DNA of 64,000 nucleotides, taken from NCBI GenBank assembly GCA_023269855.1, contig JAGDWP010000085.1:2991-66990 (forward strand). The letters run 5' to 3'. Of this stretch, positions 18,915-27,201 are shown one piece after another. The notes below the pieces were generated by a model. The model was given only the letters and a program-made list of their open reading frames with translations. It had not been told where the DNA came from and searched no databases. This stretch comes from Nitrososphaerales archaeon (GTDB taxonomy: Archaea > Thermoproteota > Nitrososphaeria_A > Caldarchaeales > Wolframiiraptoraceae). The translations under genes were made by a program, and so were the position numbers. Numbering within the stretch: position 1 is the stretch's first letter; the number at the start of each line of letters is the position of its first letter.

Positions 18915-19702
18915 GATTTTTCCACTAACTCTCCTTGTCCTCCACATTCTCTAACAATATTAATACATTTCTCAGCAACTTCTCTAAGCAGCTCTCTTGC
19001 TCTTTCCTCGGTATCTGCTTCAACTCTTAACAAATATCTCGGAGAGCCCTTAGTAGTTATAGAGACGTATTCTCCTCTACCCGCAATTTTCAATCCTTCC
19101 GCTATAGCTCTTCGGATATGTTCTACTCCGTCCCCCGTTTTGCAAGTTAGTATCAAATCTTTTTTCAATGATACTTTCTTCATTTTTATTTCTTGTTTGA
19201 CTAACTCAATCAGTTTGACTCTAACATCATCTTCTAGTTTAAGCCATTCAGGGATAGATTCATTCTCAATTATGTCAATGAATACGTCGTATAGTTCTAA
19301 GCCTTTCTGCATTACTGGTTCTACAATCATCTTTTTTATCTCTTCTTTCCTTATTCCTGTTCTTTCAGATAACAAATTCAGTACACGTTGAACTTTCTGT
19401 TTTCTCTTTAATTCTATAATCTTCTGTTCTCTTTCATTTTTCTCAACTCTTCTTAATGAAAGGTCTACTTGACGTAGATGCGGGTTTGTCCTCAGTATCT
19501 TGAAGACTTCTTTCTGTCCTTCTCTTAAATAGTCTCGAATATTTCTTATCCATTTAAGAGAGATTTCAGATATGTGTATGAAGCCCTCCCATCCAGGATA
19601 ATCCACTAACTCTACGTATGCTCCGAATCTCTCAATCTCTTTAACTACACCTACAACTACTTCTCCAATAGATGGTGCTTCTTTCTCAACAAATTCAGCC
19701 AT
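18911..19702 (-). CDS. eif2a: Translation initiation factor aIF2 alpha subunit
   Basis: 263 aa. N-terminal S1 domain (GEVVVGVVKEIERFGAYVEL..GFIHISEIS). Confidence 0.9.
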   Translation of the reverse strand: MAEFVEKEAPSIGEVVVGVVKEIERFGAYVELVDYPGWEGFIHISEISLKWIRNIRDYLREGQKEVFKILRTNPHLRQVDLSLRRVEKNEREQKIIELKRKQKVQRVLNLLSERTGIRKEEIKKMIVEPVMQKGLELYDVFIDIIENESIPEWLKLEDDVRVKLIELVKQEIKMKKVSLKKDLILTCKTGDGVEHIRRAIAEGLKIAGRGEYVSITTKGSPRYLLRVEADTEERARELLREVAEKCINIVRECGGQGELVEKS

Positions 19703-19990
19703 AGTCCTCTGATTTTCTTATTCTACTCATACTACCTTATATATTATATCTTCATCTAGACGTTCTAGATGGTACTGTCAAGTTGGTATTATCTCCCATC
19801 CTCTTATTTTGAGTATGTTGTGTAGTATTGCTATTGCTTTTACTATCTCTTCCATATTTTTCACAATCTCTATGTCTATGTTATTGTAAAACTTCTTGAA
19901 GCATTAGTTAAACAGAGTCCAATATCTATACCAATACTGAGAGAAATAGTATTAAGAAGGAGGAGTTTAAAGAATTTATAGAGAAGAGCG

Positions 19991-20135
19991 GTAAAAGCCG
20001 TGAAGCCAGCGGGTTAATCAGTCATCGTCCAGTGGAAACATATGTTTCCACTGGGTTGGAAAGCTATCGCCCCAGGCTTCACGGCTACTACAGCTCATCA
20101 GCCAGCCCTCATCCTTACCACTTTTCCCCATTTTT
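19991..20135. other. GC-rich nested inverted-repeat element: candidate structured ncRNA, or a DNA-level palindrome with ORB-like arms
   Basis: The outer stem is a perfect 11 bp: GCCGTGAAGCC (19997-20007) with GGCTTCACGGC (20075-20085). The inner hairpin is also a perfect 11 bp: CCAGTGGAAAC-ATAT-GTTTCCACTGG (20029-20054). Non-complementary 21-nt and 20-nt strands lie between the two. It is the only GC-rich island in a 592-nt AT-rich spacer. TATA-like boxes and T-runs are present on both strands. Confidence 0.5.
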
Positions 20136-20294
20136 AGAAACTCATGAATCTATTTTATAGTCTAATTTTCAAGTTCATCTATAATTCCTAGAGATTTTTC
20201 AGTTCTAACCTGAATAGGATGATAATGTAGTAATAGAAGTTTATTTAAGAATTAGTGAAGCTTTTAGATTGATGTAAGAAAGTTGAAGAGTAAG

Positions 20295-20504
20295 TTATCC
20301 ATAGCTTTCCAGCACCTTTCCAAGTATCTTTGCTTTTCCTCCGCTTGGCTTAGCTAGAATGGCTCCACATACTTGGCATGTAACTTCAATCTTTGCGTGG
20401 TCGAAGACTGTCTGCCTATGTCCACACTCATTACATTGAACCAGTAGGAATGCCGACCTAGGCTTTGGTATAAGCTTAGACCATTCAGTCTCCAATACGC
20501 CCAC
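20295..20504 (-). CDS. rps27e: Ribosomal protein S27e
   Basis: 69 aa. Zinc ribbon CNECGHRQ...CQVCGAILAKP. Confidence 0.9.
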   Translation of the reverse strand: MGVLETEWSKLIPKPRSAFLLVQCNECGHRQTVFDHAKIEVTCQVCGAILAKPSGGKAKILGKVLESYG

Positions 20505-20714
20505 CTCACTCTATCAGACTCCAATAGATAGGTAGTTAAAAAGAATATCCTCTCTCTATCCATTGATAATTATTCTAGATTTGAAATAACTAAAGTTTAA
20601 ATCGTTCCACTTTGATCGCTATCCTCTTAGCAGGAGTAATCAATTATCTTTTCTATGTTTATGCTAGTGTAGAAGCTTTTGATGGTTTAACAAAGTTAGT
20701 TTGGGGTTCTCAGA

Positions 20715-21417
20715 ATGTATACACTTATGGTGGCCGCTTCCATAGTGGGTGGATGGACTAAGATAAAGAATTCGCTCAAGTTTAATAAGGAAATACTCTC
20801 CCTATACATTGTTGCACCATGCATATGTTTCCTAGCATTCCTAATCTACTTCTCTATAATCTATTTGATAGGCAGTTTCACCTACGGCTACCTTGAAAGA
20901 CTGTTCAGTCGGAATTCGACTGACACTCCATTATTCATTGTGTATACATTCTTTAATGCATATGTGGCTGCAATATCCTTGAATGCTTTATATGCTTTAG
21001 GTGAAGAAGCTAGGTGGGTTTCCTTCAAGAAAAATTTGAATCCCTAGGTTTAAGTTTCATAAAAGCTTCATTAATGATCGCCGTCATATGGGTATATGGC
21101 ATGCATCTACAATAATACTTCTAGGATACAATTATCCTGAAAATAGATTAGTTGGAGCGTTCTTATTTACATTATTTACAGCGGCAGCTTCAATCCCTCA
21201 TTCTTATGTTGGGAAAATCTCTTCAAGTATTCTCCCTGCAGCTTCTCTCCACGGTGCAGTTAATGCTCTATGAGGTTTAACAATAGTAATAACTGATCTC
21301 CCAAGAGAATCAGCAGGACTTGGACCAATAGCTATTACATCGTGGACTTTAGTGTCAGTTATAGTACTTTCAATACATTATGCAAGGAGCAAGAACAAGT
21401 TAAATATCTTCCATTAA
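20715..21417 (+). pseudogene. CPBP-family (CAAX-type) intramembrane protease, disrupted by two frameshifts and one in-frame TGA
   Basis: Track ORFs 20715..21047 and 21088..21273, plus an open tail to 21417. Joining the three frames gives ...GEEARW|GFLQEKFESLGLSFIKASLMIAVIW|GIWHAS...SLHGAVNAL*GLTIVI..., with HxxxN and WxxxH motifs. Both shifts need one extra G at TGGGT (21015-21019 and 21089-21093). Confidence 0.6.
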
Positions 21418-21980
21418 CTCTTACATAAAACATTCATCGCTTTAGAGAAGTCTCCCACTTTTGAGCTGAAATGTAATGTGAATAATATATTCGTAAGGGT
21501 TAGGATTCCTATCAATAGTGTGGTATAGTAATCTAGGTTGATCAAGGAATATGTAAGAGATACTAATGGACATAACATGGAGGCCAAAGCTCCGGAAATG
21601 TACATAATCGCTATCCTTTGCTTTGATACTTTCCTCAAAGATGCTCTATCAATCTTTATCCCGAGAACTGGAATGAATCTGAAAATATGTGATATAATAG
21701 GTAATTCGAGTTTTATGAGACCGGAGCGACCGACATAATAGTATAGGAAATTTATGTTAAGTATTTTTCCGACAATGTAGTGAGCTATACAGTGAGAGAA
21801 GTACCAGAAGCAGAACCATGAGAAAAGCAATGCTAAAAGTTTGAAGACATAGTATGGAATCAAGTCAACTGAGAAGAGAATTATTAGCCCTAGAATGATA
21901 CCAGTGACTTCTATGGTATTCCCAATCCATAAATCTATCTTTCGTCTATGAAGAAGGGATGAGATCTCTTCCGGCGTCAT
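21414..21980 (-). CDS. Hypothetical polytopic membrane protein
   Basis: 188 aa with 4-5 hydrophobic segments and an SHCIAHYIVG motif. I recognise no family. Confidence 0.4.
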   Translation of the reverse strand: MTPEEISSLLHRRKIDLWIGNTIEVTGIILGLIILFSVDLIPYYVFKLLALLFSWFCFWYFSHCIAHYIVGKILNINFLYYYVGRSGLIKLELPIISHIFRFIPVLGIKIDRASLRKVSKQRIAIMYISGALASMLCPLVSLTYSLINLDYYTTLLIGILTLTNILFTLHFSSKVGDFSKAMNVLCKS

Positions 21981-22037
21981 TTTTCTTAAAATATTTGATA
22001 GTACTCCTCAATTAAATCTTCCATAACATTTTATTTC

Positions 22038-23639
22038 TTACTTTGCCCTCTCTTCTTCAACTATTGTTATGCTTTGTTCTCTCATGTAGGATAGAAGATA
22101 ATTTGGTCCACCTACACCTTTCCCTGTGGCACCACTAGCTTTCCAGCCTACAAATGTTTGTGCTCCTGGCCATGCACCCGTCGTAGCTCCACCTCTCCTG
22201 TTAACATATACTACACCGAATTCTATGTTTTTCAAGAAGTATTCTACTTCAGTAGGGTCTTCTGAGAATATTCCAGCTGTAAGTCCGTAATCTGTGTTAT
22301 TAGCTTCCTTTAATGCCTCGTCTAGACTATCAAACATATCCAGTATAAGTATTGGGACGAATAGTTCTCGACTGTATAATTCATGCCCTCTCTTCAATCC
22401 GGTTATTATCGTTGGCTCGACATAGAAGCCTTTGCCATATTCTCCATCTCTTAGAACACGGCCTCCATAAAGTATTCTTCCACCATCTCTTCTAGCCATC
22501 TCGATATAGTTCATAAAACTCTCTAATGCTCTCTTATTTATGATGGGTCCGATGAATGTACTGCGTTTGCGTGGATCACCAACTTCCAGTTTCTTGGTTT
22601 CTTCAATCAATCTCTTAATAAATTTTTCAGAAATGTCTCTCTGAACATAGACTCTCGAAGTAGCTGAACATTTCTGCCCACCATATCCGAAAGCTCCTCT
22701 AATGATTCCTTGTACAGCTTTTTCTACATCTGCTTTACTAGTAACAATTACAGGGTTTTTGCTACCCATCTCTAATACAATCGGTTTAGGATATGATTGA
22801 GAAGAATTAAACCTCCTATATAGACGCATCCCAACATCTCTTGAACCTGTAAAAGCTATACCTGCAACTTTCTCATTCGTAACTACTTCATCTTCAAAAA
22901 CATCTCCCGGACCTGTCACGTAATTCAGGACACCTGGTGGAACGCCTGCATCGATAAAGACTCCGTAGAGTAGTAGTCCAGGCAAGGGTGCTTCGCTTGT
23001 AGGCTTGAAAACTACTGTGTTACCAGTTATTAATGCTCCCTGGATCATTCCGTTAGCTAACATGAATGGGAAATTGAATGGAGAGATTATAACCCATGCA
23101 CCATAGGGTTTACAAACCATTCTACATCTTTCTCCTGGACCGCCTGGTCCAAGCTCTTTCTCATATCCATTATTTTCTTCCATGATCTTTGCGTAATATC
23201 TTAGAGCATCAATGGCTTCATAGCATTCAGCTAGAGCTTCAATCCTGTTCTTACCAACCTCGTATGATATGACAGCTGCTATCTCGTATTTTCTTTCATC
23301 AATCAATTCGCTAGCCCTACGCATAATTCTTATCCTCTCCCTCCAGTCTAAGTTAGCCCATTTACTAAAATTCTCGTCAGCCATGGAGATCGCTTCTCTA
23401 ATATGTTCTCTACCACCTTTCTGGAAATACCCAACAATAATTGAAGTATCTATTGGGCTTCTGTCTTCAAACTCTCCATATTCCGAGAATACTTCTCTAC
23501 CACCTATATACATTGGGTAACGCTTTCCAAGATACTCCTGTTCTACTTTTCTCAATGCTTTCTCAAACATGGAATGAGCATCTTCATCAGCTAACATTGT
23601 AACATAAGTTATCTTCCTTTCCTGAGACATACGGTTCAA
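22038..23639 (-). CDS. Aldehyde dehydrogenase family, probably 1-pyrroline-5-carboxylate dehydrogenase
   Basis: 533 aa. Motifs EMGSKNP and catalytic GQKCSATSR. The long N-terminal extension is typical of P5C dehydrogenases. Confidence 0.7.
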   Translation of the reverse strand: MNRMSQERKITYVTMLADEDAHSMFEKALRKVEQEYLGKRYPMYIGGREVFSEYGEFEDRSPIDTSIIVGYFQKGGREHIREAISMADENFSKWANLDWRERIRIMRRASELIDERKYEIAAVISYEVGKNRIEALAECYEAIDALRYYAKIMEENNGYEKELGPGGPGERCRMVCKPYGAWVIISPFNFPFMLANGMIQGALITGNTVVFKPTSEAPLPGLLLYGVFIDAGVPPGVLNYVTGPGDVFEDEVVTNEKVAGIAFTGSRDVGMRLYRRFNSSQSYPKPIVLEMGSKNPVIVTSKADVEKAVQGIIRGAFGYGGQKCSATSRVYVQRDISEKFIKRLIEETKKLEVGDPRKRSTFIGPIINKRALESFMNYIEMARRDGGRILYGGRVLRDGEYGKGFYVEPTIITGLKRGHELYSRELFVPILILDMFDSLDEALKEANNTDYGLTAGIFSEDPTEVEYFLKNIEFGVVYVNRRGGATTGAWPGAQTFVGWKASGATGKGVGGPNYLLSYMREQSITIVEEERAK

Positions 23640-23841
23640 ATAAACACTAAGTATTCATCTTTATCATTCTTATCAAATTACTCAATAGTTGGTGAATCAC
23701 TCTTGGCCAGAAGGGAGCCAATTTAATAATTAATCTAGAAGTTAACGTTTCGCATGCCATTATAGATTGATTTTAATGTCTTACTAAGGTTAGGCGCATA
23801 AATCTTTAAGAGATGGTCTACCTGCGTCATAACTGAGAATA

Positions 23842-24732
23842 GTGAAGAAGATTACAGCAGGGATCCTAGCGGTCGTAGGAGGCCTCACGATCTTCATAAT
23901 CAAGTTTATTGCATACATCATCTCAAATTCGGTCGCCTTATTATCAGATGTTCTTGAATCAATCATTAATATCGCAGCATCAAGTATAATGCTATTCTCA
24001 ATTTACGTTTCTGAGAAGCCTCCTGACGAAAGCCATCAATATGGTCATCAAAAGATTGAAGAAATATCTAGATTAATCGAAGGAATACTCATCGTCATGG
24101 CCTCGATATTCCTCATCTACACCGCGGTCAGTAGATTATTCAATCCTCCCGAATTACTGTTCCTGGATATTGCAATTACTGTGTCGATTATCGCTACAGG
24201 GCTTAACTTTGGAATAGGATATCTACTCTTAAGAGAATCAAAGATTAAATTTTCACCTGCCTTAGAAGGAGATGCTAAGCACCTATTGTCTGACGTCATG
24301 TCTTCTATAGCTATCTGGATAGGCCTCGGAATAGTACACTTTACTGGGTTCAGTTTTGTTGACCCGCTCCTAGCCATAGGTGTAGCTACATTGATCATGA
24401 AAACGGGGTTAGAGCTTGTTATAAAATCATCAAATTACCTATTAGATCCAGTATCGAGAGAAGCTGACATGAAAATACGTGAAATACTTAAACGCCATGA
24501 GCGTCTTTTTTCAGGATATCATGAACTCAAAACACGTAGAAGTGGAAACCAAATATTCTCAGAACTCCATCTAGTCCTCAATGATACTATGACTGTGAAA
24601 GAAGCACATGATATCGCTGACCTAATAGAGCAAGAAGTAAAGCAAGAGTTACCACACCTAACATTGACAATACATGTTGAGCCAGAGTCAGAAAAACAGT
24701 CTGCGCAAACTATTAAAAAGATAAACGACTAA
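23842..24732 (+). CDS. Cation diffusion facilitator (CDF) family metal efflux transporter
   Basis: 296 aa. Motifs SVALLSDVLESIIN, HQYGHQKIE and HLLSDV, with a C-terminal cytoplasmic domain. Confidence 0.85.
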   Translation: MKKITAGILAVVGGLTIFIIKFIAYIISNSVALLSDVLESIINIAASSIMLFSIYVSEKPPDESHQYGHQKIEEISRLIEGILIVMASIFLIYTAVSRLFNPPELLFLDIAITVSIIATGLNFGIGYLLLRESKIKFSPALEGDAKHLLSDVMSSIAIWIGLGIVHFTGFSFVDPLLAIGVATLIMKTGLELVIKSSNYLLDPVSREADMKIREILKRHERLFSGYHELKTRRSGNQIFSELHLVLNDTMTVKEAHDIADLIEQEVKQELPHLTLTIHVEPESEKQSAQTIKKIND

Positions 24733-24778
24733 CATTGTCTAAAGAAGTAAGATAAGTATGAAGATGAAATTAAATTGA

Positions 24779-25252
24779 TTACTGTTTTGAAAAATTGCAT
24801 ATTATTGGTTTAACTAGTTTTACTAAGTCTTCTGACTTCATGCTTATGGAGACTGTGTGTAGACCTGCGTTAAAGTTTACCCAAAGATTCTCGAGAACAG
24901 ACTTATCGAGATATGTTGGAAGATTGTATAGATTCCCGAATGGATGTACTGACCCAGCTTCACATCCTGTAACTTCTAAAACTTCGCTAGGTGAAGCAAG
25001 CTTAAGCTTCTTAACACCGACAAACCTCGTAAGCTTATCCAGATCAATCTTCCTATCAGCTGCCACTAAACCTAATATGAATTTTCCCTCATTTGTTTTG
25101 AGAACCATAGCTTTGACTCCGGTCTTTAATTCTACGCCTCTAACTCTAGCAGCTTGCTCAGATGTATAAACAGGTTCATGCTCGTATACTTTATACTCTA
25201 TCTTATGTTCTTCAAGAAAATTCTTTAGCTTGTAGAATTCATAAACACCCAT
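24779..25252 (-). CDS. YbaK/ProX-type aminoacyl-tRNA trans-editing domain protein
   Basis: 157 aa. Motifs GVKAMVLK and GSVHPFG. Confidence 0.7.
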   Translation of the reverse strand: MGVYEFYKLKNFLEEHKIEYKVYEHEPVYTSEQAARVRGVELKTGVKAMVLKTNEGKFILGLVAADRKIDLDKLTRFVGVKKLKLASPSEVLEVTGCEAGSVHPFGNLYNLPTYLDKSVLENLWVNFNAGLHTVSISMKSEDLVKLVKPIICNFSKQ

Positions 25253-25344
25253 GTCGACTAGATATAAGATGAAAACTGTCAGAAATAAGTATTAAGAATT
25301 ACAGAAGGTTTTATCGCATCTCGCTACTATTTTGGACATGTATT

Positions 25345-25770
25345 CTACTTAATTTCCCAGCCTAGAAGTGCTAGATCAAAGTCCGTGATGAGACCCAATA
25401 GTTTATTGTCGGAATCTACGACGGGTATTCTTCTCAGATGTTTATTCTTCATGATTTTTACGACATCCAATACTGTTGATGTTGGACTGCATGCAACAGG
25501 ATTTCTAGTCATTATATCTTCAACCTTAAGCTTAGCCAATTCTACTTTACTCGTTAATGCCTTGGTAACAATATCTCTGAAAGTAATCAATCCTTGCAGT
25601 ACTCCATCAGAGTCAACAACTGGGAGACATTCAACATCGTATTCAACCATCTTTTTGATAGCTTCTTCAACGGTATGTCCTAGTCTAACCGTAACCAAGT
25701 TTTTAGTCATGACCTCCTTGACAAGAATATTAGCAGTTTCCAATCTAACCATTTCCACGCCTCTTACCAT
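25345..25770 (-). CDS. CBS domain pair protein
   Basis: 141 aa with two CBS repeats (VMTKNLVTV...LPVVDSDGVLQGLIT and IMTRNPVAC...IPVVDSDNKLLGLIT). Confidence 0.85.
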   Translation of the reverse strand: MVRGVEMVRLETANILVKEVMTKNLVTVRLGHTVEEAIKKMVEYDVECLPVVDSDGVLQGLITFRDIVTKALTSKVELAKLKVEDIMTRNPVACSPTSTVLDVVKIMKNKHLRRIPVVDSDNKLLGLITDFDLALLGWEIK

Positions 25771-25949
25771 TTATAACCTGAGATACAATTTAAACATGAA
25801 GAGATAGTTTGTACAGAGTAATACTATGCCTCTATCACATCTTTTAAGAGTGGACTAGAACTCATAGTTTCTTTTCTACATGATGGGAATCGTAGATAGT
25901 TTTTTAAGATGTGGATTTTATCTGAAAATCGACCACAAACTTCATATTT

Positions 25950-27056
25950 TTATAGATAGAGTTTTTTCTCAAGATTTGCTAATCTCCTAAAAGCTTTTAG
26001 TTTCTCTTCTTTATCTATGTCAGCCGATTCAAGAATAGAATTCAAGATTTTTATTGATTCCTCCATTCTCTTCTTGGAGACTGGATACGGTACGCCGTCT
26101 TTTCCACCATGAGCAAATGTAAATCTTATAGGGTCTCTCCAGTCAATCTTGACCCCGTAGACAAGTGTAGCGATTAAGGCTAAAGCTCTTAGAGTCGATG
26201 GCCCCACGCCTTCGATCTGGATCAATTCTTCATAATCTCTAGGTTTTATATCATATGCTCTTCTTACAGCTTCCCAATTTATCTTCCTAGGCATGTAGAG
26301 ATGTGGAGGAAAATGTACTTCAAATTCTAAATCTATCCAACGTGTTAAAGTCTCCTGTTTATTCAATATGAGGTTTAGTAGTCTAATTAGTCTTGAAGGG
26401 TTTTCAGAGACCAAGTCTACTGAGAGTTTCCTAGCTTCTCTACTTTTACTAGATGTTAAGTTGAGAACTGTTTTCTCTACTCTGTCTCCAGCTATCCCGC
26501 TGTGGGGTTCTTCTACAAAGCTTTCAAGAGTCTTGCTTATCCAGTGATATCTCCGAGCATATTTATTGGATGTATTCATTCCCTGCTGTACTACTGTCCA
26601 ATCTCCATCTTCGGTAAATACTATTGTGTGATGATATATATTATATCCATCTTGGAGAACTGCATTATCTACTTTTGCTGAAAGCTTGCTAGCTCTCATT
26701 AGCTGAATCTTCAATTCTTCAGGTATCTTGGCTTCACTGATCATTTGTGGGGTCCTTACACCCATTGCTCCCTTACCTCCAGCAACTCCGATTCCATGCG
26801 TATCCAATCTAATTGATTCTCTCAATGCTCCCATAACTACTGTTGTTAAACCACTGGAATGCCAGTCAAATCCTAAGACGCATCCGAATGCTTGAAACCA
26901 GTAGGGGTCACCAATTCTTACAATTACTTCTCTTCTTCCAAGCTCTTCAACCATAACTTTGATTATAGCGTTAGCGAGGTCTTTCATTCTAGCCATTAAC
27001 CATGGTGGTACATGACCTGAGTGAAGCGGTAGATCAGCAGTTCCACTGAGGCTCAA
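25950..27056 (-). CDS. Conserved hypothetical protein (DUF763-like) with a C-terminal helix-hairpin-helix
   Basis: 368 aa. It starts ADLPLHSGHVPPWL and carries IEGVGPSTLRALALIA. The family assignment is from memory only. Confidence 0.4.
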   Translation of the reverse strand: MSLSGTADLPLHSGHVPPWLMARMKDLANAIIKVMVEELGRREVIVRIGDPYWFQAFGCVLGFDWHSSGLTTVVMGALRESIRLDTHGIGVAGGKGAMGVRTPQMISEAKIPEELKIQLMRASKLSAKVDNAVLQDGYNIYHHTIVFTEDGDWTVVQQGMNTSNKYARRYHWISKTLESFVEEPHSGIAGDRVEKTVLNLTSSKSREARKLSVDLVSENPSRLIRLLNLILNKQETLTRWIDLEFEVHFPPHLYMPRKINWEAVRRAYDIKPRDYEELIQIEGVGPSTLRALALIATLVYGVKIDWRDPIRFTFAHGGKDGVPYPVSKKRMEESIKILNSILESADIDKEEKLKAFRRLANLEKKLYL

Positions 27057-27201
27057 AGTCTCCCTATATTATCAACGTGAACGGTAATAATTAATTATTA
27101 CTACTGTGGTGATTTATGCAATGCATATACTTTATGTTAATGTTGAAGCATTAAGATTTATCTTCTAAAAGAAGCGGATTATAATCGGGGGTATTGAAGC
27201 C

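Noticed and set aside
20018-20131. 37-aa minus-strand ORF (MGKSGKDEGWLMSCSS...) spanning the GC-rich hairpin
   Set aside because: It has no SD site and no resemblance to small ribosomal or other known proteins. The perfect nested inverted repeats explain the sequence better.
20354-20563. 69-aa ORF overlapping rps27e in another frame
   Set aside because: The S27e frame has the diagnostic zinc ribbon, while this frame has no recognisable features.
21271-21273. TGA read as Trp (genetic code change)
   Set aside because: Other well-supported genes in the window terminate at TGA in the expected places, for example aIF2-alpha, lipB and the RHH gene. A local lesion is therefore more likely.
25879-25925. 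C/D-like string AUGAUGG ... CUGA
   Set aside because: Box C is imperfect, there are no D'/C' boxes, and the guide lengths are wrong.
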